A stretch of 64,000 bases of DNA from Vicingaceae bacterium (GTDB lineage: Bacteria > Bacteroidota > Bacteroidia > Flavobacteriales_E > Vicingaceae): assembly GCA_965227255.1 (NCBI GenBank), contig CBDDFS010000003.1, positions 27,503 to 91,502 of the forward strand. Direction: 5' to 3'. Below the pieces are notes generated by a model, which saw only the letters and a program-made list of their open reading frames with translations, searched no databases and was not told the origin of the DNA. Below, in pieces: positions 21,208 through 30,779 of this stretch. The position numbers and the translations under genes were made by a program. Each line of letters begins with the position of its first letter. Within the stretch, counting starts at the first letter, position 1.

Positions 21208-24200
21208 TCAACAAGCAGCTTGAATACTAATGCATCTCTGGAACCAATCACCTGGATCAGATAATATCCATTAGAATAAGATGAGATGTCGTGATTAAAA
21301 TTAATGACATCGTCATTAACAATTACGGTTTCAGCGTGCATTAGTTTTCCTCCGGCATCCAGGATTCTGATCTGCTTCTCCCCTTTTTCAACACCATCAA
21401 ATCTTACCTTCATAACATCAGAAACCGGATTAGGATAAATCTTAATCTGACCTCCTTCAAAATTGCCCTCGTTTATCCCGGTCGGAATAACCGTTATTTC
21501 AGATGAAGCTGACGCCGTATCTCCACAATCCAGGTTGGTGTGTTCAACCGTAAATGTTGTTGTGACATCAGGATAAGCCTGAACACTGACCCCTTTGCTC
21601 GAACTCAACTTATTATTGTTCGGCGACTGATACCAGTAGTACTGATTTGGATTCATGGTACCGCCTGTCACATTCAACGTAATCGTATCTCCCTGATTGA
21701 TGGTGGCTGTTACCGGTGTTACATCAATAACCGTAGAAGAATCAACTTCAATATAAGCTGTCTTTGTTGTGATTTTGGTCTCAAGCATGTTCGTTACCCT
21801 TAGAGAAACGTTATATGTTCCGGGATTGGAATAAGACACAGATGGATTTTCATCTGTTGAAGAAGTTGGATTTCCTCCCGGGAATGACCATAGTACACTT
21901 GTATAAAATCCTGTTGATTCATCCGAGAACTGAATGCTTTGTCCTTTACAAACTCTTACACTGCTCGCTGAAAAGTCAGAAGCCGGCGTTGTATACAAAG
22001 GTGAAGTCCACATTCCCCTGCCATAAGTGGCAGCCGTAATTCTGGACTTTTCTCTATCTTGATCATAGTAGATCTCAAGCTCTGTAACGTCAATTGCATC
22101 GGGCATTCCACCACCAAAATCGGTCCAGGCAGTATTTCCTGCCTTACGATAAAATACACCCAATTCCGTTCCTATATAAAGATCCCCGGTTGTAGAAGAA
22201 TCAAAGACAATACAATTGATATTCACATTTGGAATTCCTGTGCCTGTAATATCTGTCCAGGTAGATCCCTTGTCACCTGAAACAAAAACCTTTCTCGATT
22301 GAACTACATAAACACTATCGGCACTGAATGGATGAGCTTCAATATCTCTTGGCCAGGTTGAAGTTGGTCTGCTCGAAGTGAGATCGGTATACGTTGGCGT
22401 AGTCGCATTGATGTTGTCTGATCGAAAAAAGTCTCCATCTTCTCTTGCGACGTAAAGAATGTTATCATTGGCCGGGCTGTTCTCAAGAACACGTAATCCA
22501 TAAAAGTTAGAGCCTCCAAGGTTGTTGGAGATCTTTGTCCAGGACACCCCACTTGAAGAGGTCGCCGTTCTAACGTTGGTAGATTTCCAGACATTTCTGA
22601 ATCCTGCAAACATGGTATTCGAGTTGGTCTCTCTTAACAGATATGGAGTAATCCATTCGCCATTTTCATTGGCTGTATTTCTGATGTAGGACGTGATTCC
22701 ACTGAAATTCACGCCGTAGTTAGTCGATCTGCGGATATCACCATAATAAAGAGCCCCGTACATATAATTTGAATCTACAGGATCAATGATACATTCCATT
22801 CCATCACCTCCGATCTCTGTTCTCCAACTACCATCGTAGATTGCGGTTCCGTTGTCCTGATAACCATTAATAACAAGGTTTCTGCTTTGAGCACTTTGTC
22901 CTATTTTATATACCTGCGCTATGGCTAGTCCATCACTTTTATCAGTCCATGACGAACCTCCATTTCCGGAGATGTGCAGACCTCCATCGTGACAAGCATA
23001 TAAGTTGTTATTCAAAGGATTGATAGCGAATTCATGTTGATCAGCATGAACACTCGGTGTATTGCAATTCCACGATCCACCTACCCAATGGGCAACACAG
23101 CTCCAGCTACTTCCACCATTCGTGCTCTTCCAGATATTGATTCCTCCAACATAAACGGTATTGGCATTACTCCTGTCAACTGCAATGGCCAGATCATACC
23201 AGGCCTGTCCGGAAGTTCCACTACCCTGACAGCTGTAATCGAGAATGTTTGGTGTGCTCGACATCAAGGTAAAACTCTGACCACTGTTGGTACTTCGATA
23301 CATGCCCTTGTATGTTCTGCTGTTTGCCTCGAGTACATAGACGTAGTTTCCATTTCCCGGACTCACGCCAATGACCATTCTTGAAGCACTTGGCAAGCCA
23401 GTAGCACCTTGAGTCCAAGTCTCGCCGCCATCCGTTGAACGATAAAAATCACCACCTTCCGTCGCATATACAATGGAGGTATCTGTTGGTTTGAAAGCTA
23501 TGTCCTTAAAATTGGCAGAAGAGGACTTCCTTGTCCAGGTCTGACCTCCATCTGTAGTTTTATACACCCCACCACTCGTGGCTGCTAACAATGTCATCGA
23601 ATCCTTTGGGTTCTGGATCATCTTTCCGACAGTCCTGTTTCCCATTCCTGTGTTGCTTGGAGACCAGGTATCTCCTGCATCTGTACTTTTCCATACTCCG
23701 TATCCAGGTGAGTCTCCTGCATCACGATCACCCGTTCCAATGTATACGGTATTAGCGTTGCTGTAATCCACCACAATGGCGGAAGCTCCCAAAGTAGGCA
23801 GTGTATCCGTTAGACATTCCCAGGCATTTCCTCCATTCTCTGTTTTCCAGAGTCCACCGGCTGGTGAACCCACATAATAGGTGTTTACATTTGTCGGATG
23901 AAATCCTATTGCATTCAGCCTGCCCATTCCATTTGGCTGACCAGTGCCATTTGAAGGAAGAGTAATCGGACCGATCTCTTCCCAATGCCCATCGTCGAGT
24001 AAAACACTCTTTGATGTATTTTGCATCTTATTGAATTCAGAAATCAATTGGCCGGCTTTGGGTTTGTTGCCGTATTCATCCACCTTTAGGGATGTCCAGT
24101 ATTCCCATCTCTTGAAAACCTTCCATCCATCGCCTTTGTCTCTTTCTCGTCCATCCCAGTACATCTCAAATGCTTTCTGAGTTTCAAAGAAATTGGCAGA

Positions 24201-24338
24201 AGGATCTTGCATCATTTCAATCCAGTACGGGTAATCTGATGTGTCCTTGCCGGAATTCTGTGAAAAGGCTGAATTACTAATTGAAAAGGCCAGAAACACA
24301 ATTGTGGTGGCCAAAAAAGTTCTTTTTCCTGTATTCAT
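21201..24338 (-). CDS. BNR/sortilin(VPS10)-type repeat beta-propeller protein with a PKD domain and a T9SS C-terminal sorting domain
   Basis: 1045 aa. Repeated S.D.G.TW motifs (STDAGDTW, TTDGGQTW, STDGGETW, STNGGSSW, GDKGSTW). PKD block. C-terminal KIYPNPVSD...GYYLIQV. Confidence 0.85.
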   Translation of the reverse strand: MNTGKRTFLATTIVFLAFSISNSAFSQNSGKDTSDYPYWIEMMQDPSANFFETQKAFEMYWDGRERDKGDGWKVFKRWEYWTSLKVDEYGNKPKAGQLISEFNKMQNTSKSVLLDDGHWEEIGPITLPSNGTGQPNGMGRLNAIGFHPTNVNTYYVGSPAGGLWKTENGGNAWECLTDTLPTLGASAIVVDYSNANTVYIGTGDRDAGDSPGYGVWKSTDAGDTWSPSNTGMGNRTVGKMIQNPKDSMTLLAATSGGVYKTTDGGQTWTRKSSSANFKDIAFKPTDTSIVYATEGGDFYRSTDGGETWTQGATGLPSASRMVIGVSPGNGNYVYVLEANSRTYKGMYRSTNSGQSFTLMSSTPNILDYSCQGSGTSGQAWYDLAIAVDRSNANTVYVGGINIWKSTNGGSSWSCVAHWVGGSWNCNTPSVHADQHEFAINPLNNNLYACHDGGLHISGNGGSSWTDKSDGLAIAQVYKIGQSAQSRNLVINGYQDNGTAIYDGSWRTEIGGDGMECIIDPVDSNYMYGALYYGDIRRSTNYGVNFSGITSYIRNTANENGEWITPYLLRETNSNTMFAGFRNVWKSTNVRTATSSSGVSWTKISNNLGGSNFYGLRVLENSPANDNILYVAREDGDFFRSDNINATTPTYTDLTSSRPTSTWPRDIEAHPFSADSVYVVQSRKVFVSGDKGSTWTDITGTGIPNVNINCIVFDSSTTGDLYIGTELGVFYRKAGNTAWTDFGGGMPDAIDVTELEIYYDQDREKSRITAATYGRGMWTSPLYTTPASDFSASSVRVCKGQSIQFSDESTGFYTSVLWSFPGGNPTSSTDENPSVSYSNPGTYNVSLRVTNMLETKITTKTAYIEVDSSTVIDVTPVTATINQGDTITLNVTGGTMNPNQYYWYQSPNNNKLSSSKGVSVQAYPDVTTTFTVEHTNLDCGDTASASSEITVIPTGINEGNFEGGQIKIYPNPVSDVMKVRFDGVEKGEKQIRILDAGGKLMHAETVIVNDDVINFNHDISSYSNGYYLIQVIGSRDALVFKLLVDH

Positions 24339-24415
24339 ATTGCTGCAAAGGTAAGGTAATAGGAACGCAAGAAATCGACAATGGTTACATAATTTTCAAG
24401 AATTCAGGATTCTTA

Positions 24416-25438
24416 TCAGAAGTACATCCTGGCCTGGGATACAGAGTCGAGTTGAGAGAAATCTTTTGATAAATATTTATAGTATGCGGTTATTCCTATC
24501 ATTCCCGCATTGTCTGTACAATATTGAAGAGGTGGTACATATCCCATCCAGCCCAGACTTTCTTCTCTTTTCATCAATGCTTGTCTTAATCCGGAATTTG
24601 CGCTAACCCCGCCTGCAAGAGCAATCTGATTCACATTGTAGTGAGCCGCACATTTCTCAAGTGTTTCCATCAAAATATCAACGATGGTTTTTTGAACCGA
24701 AGCACTGAGATCATTGAGGTTTGATTCGATAAAGGTTTCATCATTCTTTTTCATGTCCTGAAGGAAATACAGAACCGATGTTTTCAGTCCACTGAAGCTA
24801 AAGTTAAAACCATCCACTCTTGGCTTGGAGAAAGTGAATTTGTTCTCATCTCCTTCCCTGGCATATTTATCTATCAAGGGTCCACCGGGATATTCCATTC
24901 CAAACATCTTGGCAATCTTATCGAATGCCTCTCCAGCGGCATCGTCCAGAGTAGCGCCTACCACTTCCATTTCAAAGTAATCTTTCACTAGGACCAGCTG
25001 AGTATGTCCTCCTGAAACGGTTAGACAAAGGAAGGGGAATTCAGGCCCGGACACATGCACTCCATCTATAAAATGAGCTAAAATATGAGCCTGCATATGA
25101 TTCACAGAGATCAGAGGAACTTCGAGCGCCATGCTGAGGGACTTTGCAAAAGCATTACCTACGATAAGCGAACCTGGCAATCCAGGACCTTGCGTATAAG
25201 CGATTGCCGACAAATCTTCCTTTTTTGCATTGGCCCTGTCAAGTGCTTCATGAATAACCGGGATCATATTCTTTTCATGACTTCTGGATGCCAGCTCCGG
25301 TATAACGCCGCCATATTTGCGATGAATTTCCTGTGTACTGATCACATTAGAAAGCACATTTCTTCCGTTTAATATGGCAACGGAAGTGTCGTCACACGAT
25401 GATTCTATAGCGAGAATTAAGAGCTCTTCCCTGTTCAT
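24416..25438 (-). CDS. tsaD: tRNA N6-adenosine threonylcarbamoyltransferase
   Basis: 340 aa. ILAIESSCDDTS, VNHMQAHI and GGVSAN motifs of the Kae1/TsaD family. Confidence 0.92.
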   Translation of the reverse strand: MNREELLILAIESSCDDTSVAILNGRNVLSNVISTQEIHRKYGGVIPELASRSHEKNMIPVIHEALDRANAKKEDLSAIAYTQGPGLPGSLIVGNAFAKSLSMALEVPLISVNHMQAHILAHFIDGVHVSGPEFPFLCLTVSGGHTQLVLVKDYFEMEVVGATLDDAAGEAFDKIAKMFGMEYPGGPLIDKYAREGDENKFTFSKPRVDGFNFSFSGLKTSVLYFLQDMKKNDETFIESNLNDLSASVQKTIVDILMETLEKCAAHYNVNQIALAGGVSANSGLRQALMKREESLGWMGYVPPLQYCTDNAGMIGITAYYKYLSKDFSQLDSVSQARMYF

Positions 25439-25470
25439 TTAAAGACTATTTTTGTGGTGAAGGAAATTTC

Positions 25471-28400
25471 GTGAGCAAAAGTATTAAAAAAGCATATCGC
25501 GCTTTGATTGTGGGGATGGATGTGATTCTGCTCATCTATGCCCTTGTCGTTTTTGCCCTTCAGATCAATTATTTTCAAAGTCTAACCGGGAAAGCCATTG
25601 CCAAATATTTGAGCAAGGAATGGAATGCATATGTCGATATCGATCGGACCGAAATCACCTTTTTCAATAGGCTTGTTCTAGATGAGTTAATTATCAAAGA
25701 CAGGCTGAGCGACAGCCTTCTTTATTCCAGGGAGACCGACATCGGACTTGAATTGAATTTATTTAAATCCAGAAAATTTTCAATTCAAAGTATATGTCTG
25801 AGTGATCCTAAAATCAACCTAAAAAGAGAAGGAGAGAAAGAAGATTTTAACTTTAAATTTCTAATAGATTATTTCTCATCTTCAGATACTATCTCACCCC
25901 CACTTAAACTGGGAATTGACCACTTTGAGATCATTAATGGTCATTTCAATATGAATGATGAGACCAAAAAGCAAAAATCAGGCAATTCCTTTGATCCATC
26001 CCATTTGGCCATAAGAGAATTAAATCTGTATGTTAATGATCTACAGATCGATAGCAATCTTTATCAAGTGAATTATATCAAGTTATCAATGAAGGAGCAA
26101 GACTTTCAACTTGATAATTTAACGGCGAGTATCTCGGCCAGTGACAAGGGCATCAATATACATGACCTGCACATCCAAAGTCCAAAATCAGAAGTGCATG
26201 CCTACATCGATCTAAAAACAGATAACTGGCAATCCTACCAGAATCCCTTATCAGATGTGAACTTTAAAATTCGTTTCCTGCCCTCTGACATGTCGACCAC
26301 AGACCTCGCCTACTTCGTTCCTGATTTAAGAGGAATGCGAGACATTCCTGAAGTAAAGGGAGAATTCAGCGGAAGTGTGGACCGTTTGAATGGTAAAGAT
26401 GTTCAATTGTCATTAGCCGATCACAGCAGAGTAAGTCTTGACTTCAAATTACAAGGTCTCCCCGATTTTGAGGAGACGTTCATCTATATGGATGTCAAAA
26501 ATCTTTACACAAGCAAGAGAGGTGTTGAGAAGATTAAGATTCCACCATTCGAACAGAACAATTACATCCAACTCCCTGAAAACTTTGGTCGACTGGGACG
26601 CGTTAATTTTTCCGGTAAGGTCGCAGGTTTCCCGAGAAACTTGGTAGTTAATGGAAAAATAAGAACGGCCATTGGTCAGATCAACACCGACCTAGAATTG
26701 AAGGCCGATTCTACTTTCGCATACTCGGGTAGAATTGCAGCTATCGACTTTAATGCAGGAAGATTCCTGGATGTAGAAGACAGATTGGGAAATGTAAATC
26801 TCGAAGCTGAAATCGAAGGTCAGGGATTATCCAAAGATGACGTAGATGCTCACCTATCCGGAAATATCCTGAGTATGTACTTTAATCAGTACAACTACAG
26901 AAATGTTGCCTTAAGCGGTGATTTCGTAAAAGAAACTTTCACAGGAAGTATAGGCATCAGAGACAAATACGTTGACCTTGATTTCATTGGAAAGATCGAT
27001 CTGTCTGAAGAAGACTATGTATTCAACTTCAACTCGAAAATAAATCACATCTATCCAAAAATTGTTCTTGCCGCAAACCAGGTAGACAGCACAGCTCACA
27101 TACAGGCATCACTGAATATCGACATGAGGTATACCAATATCGATAGCCTTTTTGGCAGTTTCATTGTAGATGACCTGGTATACAAAGACTTTGAAGACAC
27201 CATTTCTGTAAGCAATTTCACCTTCAATTCAAGAAGAGATGGACCAATCAAACATCATTCAATCCGATCTGACATTCTGGACTTCAATCTTGACGGCAGG
27301 TATGACATGCTCGATGGATATAAGACTGTAAAAAAACTGCTCAAAACTTATGTTCCCAATGCCATAGATGAAGACATACAAGTAGATAAGGATTTCAGCT
27401 TCTCACTAAATATGAAGGACTACAGTCTGCTTGAGAAAATGATCAGTCCGGGATTGTCGGTCGACAGTGGTACTTATGCCCAAGGCTGGTTTAAGAGTAA
27501 AGACGATAATTTCGAGCTGAACTCTCAAATTATCGGTTTCAGAAAGGATAATATCAAGGTTGATTCAACCGACCTCAAACTTTGGGCGGATGGAGATAAA
27601 CTCAGCCTGAAAAGCAAGATCAGTCGATATGCAATAGGTAAATCCACCCAGGACAGATACATCGATATCTCCTCTGTGGTGAAGGACAACAGGATTGAAA
27701 ATGAAATGACTTCTTACGGGAGTGGTCCATTTTCAAGCCAGATATATCTTGAAAACTATGTCTTCGATCACAACACTGTGGGTTTTCGATTTCTCGATAC
27801 AGAATTCAAAGCAGACAGCCTTATTTGGATGATGCATGATTCTAATTACGTTCTGTTTGACTCATCCAGCTGGTCATTCCAAAACTTTCAAGTAAGTCGG
27901 GGAAATCAATCGATCGGTATAAATGGAAGGATTTCGAGGAATTCATGGGATAAGATTGAACTGGCTCTGGACAGTTTTAACTTGAATCAATTAAATCCAT
28001 TCGTTGAAGAAGCAAAAGTGTCTCTGGAAGGCAATATCACGGGTTACGCCTCTCTAACCGACGTTTACAATGAACGCTTATTCGAAAGCAATTTGTCCTT
28101 CATGGAGTTGAGATTCAATGAAAAATTTCTGGGAAGCGGTCACATCATCAGCAACTGGAATGAAGAAGATAAAAGACTCGATGTGGATGGAGAAATATCC
28201 CACAAGGGCGTGGATAAGATCGATTTTAATGGCTATTACAGCACGCGAAAGAAAGACTCTCCTCTTAATTTTGAATTGGCCTTGATTGACCTTCCACTGA
28301 ATGTTCTTGAACCCTTCACAAAAGATATACTCTCAGAATTCGGTGGTTCAGCAACCGGACAGTTTGAATTGACCGGAACGCTTAGCGAGCCCAATCTTCA

Positions 28401-29898
28401 GGGAAATATGTTTCTGCAGAATGCCGAAGCCCTCGTTGAATACACGAATGTGCATTACAAATTCAAGAATAGCGTATTACTCGGTGACATGATTCCGGTT
28501 AAGATCAACAGCGACAGTATTTCAATACCCAATTTTAAGTTGGTTGATAAATTCGAAAATACAGGTCAGGGAAGTGTGTATTTCATTCACAACGGATTTA
28601 AAACTTTCAGAACTGAGCTTAGGATCAAATCAGACAAGTTGTTCGTCATGAACACGAAGAAAACCGACAACGACCTCTATTACGGTAAGGCTGTTATTTC
28701 TGGTGATGTCTACATTGAAAGTGAAAAAGGCAAGTCGTATCTGGATATGGACATTGTAGCCGAAGAAAAAACAGTTTTCAGCCTTCCCATGGTAGACAAG
28801 TCTGAGGTAACAGAAAATGAATTTGTTGTTTTCACAACACGGGAAGAAGATGAGGAAATCATCGTTGAAGAAAAAGAAAAGACCTTTGATGTCACACTTG
28901 ACATGAGACTCGAAATTTCACCAAAAGCCATGGTGCGTCTGGTTTTTGATGAATTTGAACAGGACGTGGTTGAAGCCAAAGGAAGTGGTGTTTTGAACAT
29001 GCATTACGATCCAAAGAACAGTTTATCTCTCCAAGGAGAGTACACGCTGAATTCCGGAAACTACGTCTTCAGACTACAATCCGTGGTAAACAAGAGATTC
29101 ATCATTGAACCGGGAAGCAAGATCAAATGGAATGGCGATCCATACCGAGGCGAAATGAACCTGGTTACAACCTATAAGACCAGAGCCAGACTGATAGACA
29201 TATTACCAGAGATCTATTCTGATGTGAACTACAAAAGAAATATACCGGTTCACCTGCAACTAAAGATGACGCAGACTATCGAAGAGCCCGTCATCGGTTT
29301 TGAGGTATATCTACCCGAATCGAATGAAAATGTGCGACAACAGCTAAGGGCAGAGTTATCAGACGAGACCTGTCTAAACCAACAGGTATTCGCCCTGCTG
29401 ATCCTTACCTCATTCTACCCTTGTGAGAATTTTGAAAATAGTCCAACTACAGCAGCAGGCCGTGAAACTGCCTTTGAAGCCATGTCGAACCAGTTGAGTG
29501 GTTGGTTATCAAACATCAATGAAAATGTGGATGTAGGTATTTCCTACACTCCGGGAGAAGAAGGAGAAACTCCCGATCAGCTTGAAGTTGCGGTGTCGAC
29601 TCAATTATTCAATGATCGGGTCGTTCTTGACGGGAACGTGAGTAGTGGAAACCAGACACAAAGCAATCCGGACCAGGTTGCCGGTGAGGGAAGCATTGAA
29701 TACCTGATACGTCCTGATGGAAAACTCAGCGTGAAGGTTTTTAATAAAGTAAATGAAAGAGCCTACATAGAGAATGATGATCTCTACATTCAGGGGGTGG
29801 GATTAAAATGGGTGCATGATTTTGGTGGAAACAAAGCTAAAGGCACAAGAAAGGAAGAAGAGGAGATTTTGGAGGAAGAGGTTATAGATGAAGAATGA
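25471..29898 (+). CDS. tamB: Translocation and assembly module protein TamB-like (DUF490 family)
   Basis: 1475 aa. GTG start, N-terminal anchor helix, long beta-rich body and a conserved C-terminal DUF490-like region. Divergent from tsaD, as is common in Bacteroidota. Confidence 0.8.
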   Translation: MSKSIKKAYRALIVGMDVILLIYALVVFALQINYFQSLTGKAIAKYLSKEWNAYVDIDRTEITFFNRLVLDELIIKDRLSDSLLYSRETDIGLELNLFKSRKFSIQSICLSDPKINLKREGEKEDFNFKFLIDYFSSSDTISPPLKLGIDHFEIINGHFNMNDETKKQKSGNSFDPSHLAIRELNLYVNDLQIDSNLYQVNYIKLSMKEQDFQLDNLTASISASDKGINIHDLHIQSPKSEVHAYIDLKTDNWQSYQNPLSDVNFKIRFLPSDMSTTDLAYFVPDLRGMRDIPEVKGEFSGSVDRLNGKDVQLSLADHSRVSLDFKLQGLPDFEETFIYMDVKNLYTSKRGVEKIKIPPFEQNNYIQLPENFGRLGRVNFSGKVAGFPRNLVVNGKIRTAIGQINTDLELKADSTFAYSGRIAAIDFNAGRFLDVEDRLGNVNLEAEIEGQGLSKDDVDAHLSGNILSMYFNQYNYRNVALSGDFVKETFTGSIGIRDKYVDLDFIGKIDLSEEDYVFNFNSKINHIYPKIVLAANQVDSTAHIQASLNIDMRYTNIDSLFGSFIVDDLVYKDFEDTISVSNFTFNSRRDGPIKHHSIRSDILDFNLDGRYDMLDGYKTVKKLLKTYVPNAIDEDIQVDKDFSFSLNMKDYSLLEKMISPGLSVDSGTYAQGWFKSKDDNFELNSQIIGFRKDNIKVDSTDLKLWADGDKLSLKSKISRYAIGKSTQDRYIDISSVVKDNRIENEMTSYGSGPFSSQIYLENYVFDHNTVGFRFLDTEFKADSLIWMMHDSNYVLFDSSSWSFQNFQVSRGNQSIGINGRISRNSWDKIELALDSFNLNQLNPFVEEAKVSLEGNITGYASLTDVYNERLFESNLSFMELRFNEKFLGSGHIISNWNEEDKRLDVDGEISHKGVDKIDFNGYYSTRKKDSPLNFELALIDLPLNVLEPFTKDILSEFGGSATGQFELTGTLSEPNLQGNMFLQNAEALVEYTNVHYKFKNSVLLGDMIPVKINSDSISIPNFKLVDKFENTGQGSVYFIHNGFKTFRTELRIKSDKLFVMNTKKTDNDLYYGKAVISGDVYIESEKGKSYLDMDIVAEEKTVFSLPMVDKSEVTENEFVVFTTREEDEEIIVEEKEKTFDVTLDMRLEISPKAMVRLVFDEFEQDVVEAKGSGVLNMHYDPKNSLSLQGEYTLNSGNYVFRLQSVVNKRFIIEPGSKIKWNGDPYRGEMNLVTTYKTRARLIDILPEIYSDVNYKRNIPVHLQLKMTQTIEEPVIGFEVYLPESNENVRQQLRAELSDETCLNQQVFALLILTSFYPCENFENSPTTAAGRETAFEAMSNQLSGWLSNINENVDVGISYTPGEEGETPDQLEVAVSTQLFNDRVVLDGNVSSGNQTQSNPDQVAGEGSIEYLIRPDGKLSVKVFNKVNERAYIENDDLYIQGVGLKWVHDFGGNKAKGTRKEEEEILEEEVIDEE

Positions 29899-29962
29899 AG
29901 GATGAAGGGTGAAAGATGATAAATTATAAATGTTAAATGGTAAATGGTAAATTATGGATGTT
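29886..29962. repeat. Heptanucleotide array of 11 phase-locked units (RRATGRW-like)
   Basis: Units are agatgaa gaatgaa ggatgaa gggtgaa agatgat aaattat aaatgtt aaatggt aaatggt aaattat ggatgtt. The tamB stop (29896-29898) lies in unit 2. Confidence 0.9.
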
Positions 29963-30014
29963 GAAATGCATCTTGATTCCTGTATATTCGCACTCCACCC
30001 TATTTAACCAAGTT

Positions 30015-30617
30015 ATGATCAAATCATTCAAAACCGGCCTTATTCTTTTCATTTCACTTACTCTGAGCGCCAGTGTAGCCTTCAGTCAGGATTACAAAAC
30101 CAACATAGAAACATCTTTTGGGGAATACCTGGATCATTTGATGAACAAGGAATTTGAGCAGTCTTTGGAATATTTAACACCGGAATTCTTTGAAATCTTT
30201 CCAAAGGATAAAATGATCATGGCCATGGAACAAGCATTTAACAATCCGGGCATGAAGTACGAGATAATAAATCCGGAAATTTTAAGTGTTGGCGATAAGG
30301 TTGAAATAGAATCGAAACACTACGCTCTTATCACGTATTCAAATCAACTGAACATTAAATTTCTCAATGAAGAACCTGAAACCGATGAAGAAAAAGAATT
30401 GCGCTTAAATATGACCCAGGGTCTCTTGAAAACCAATTTTGGTGAGGAAAATGTAGTTCTCAATAATGAAACCGAATTTTTTGAAATTCAGTCTCAAAAA
30501 GACGCCTATGCTATTTCGGAAAACGGATCTTCAGACTGGAAGTTTCTTGTTATTGAAAAAGATCAAAAACCTATTCTGGAAAAATTACTTCCTGCTGAAT
30601 TGGCAGAGAAGATATAG
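30015..30617 (+). CDS. Hypothetical secreted protein
   Basis: The internal ATG at 30015 precedes the signal peptide MIKSFKTGLILFISLTLSASVAFSQ. The upstream part of the ORF-track model lies in the heptamer array. Confidence 0.65.
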   Translation: MIKSFKTGLILFISLTLSASVAFSQDYKTNIETSFGEYLDHLMNKEFEQSLEYLTPEFFEIFPKDKMIMAMEQAFNNPGMKYEIINPEILSVGDKVEIESKHYALITYSNQLNIKFLNEEPETDEEKELRLNMTQGLLKTNFGEENVVLNNETEFFEIQSQKDAYAISENGSSDWKFLVIEKDQKPILEKLLPAELAEKI

Positions 30618-30667
30618 CGTTCAGGCACATTCTGGCAATCATTTTTTCAATTATTTTCAGCTTAATC

Positions 30668-30716
30668 ATTGTTAATTGCGAGTTAATAATTTGCAATTAA
30701 TAATTCGTTATTCTCC
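30668..30716. repeat. Heptanucleotide array, 7 units (ATTNNNN)
   Basis: Units are attgtta attgcga gttaata atttgca attaata attcgtt attctcc, upstream of dnaE. Confidence 0.75.
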
Positions 30717-30779
30717 TTTCTTCTTCGGGTCATTTCAATACTTTTATTTCCTCAGTTTTTCCAAAAGAAATAGGCTTAT

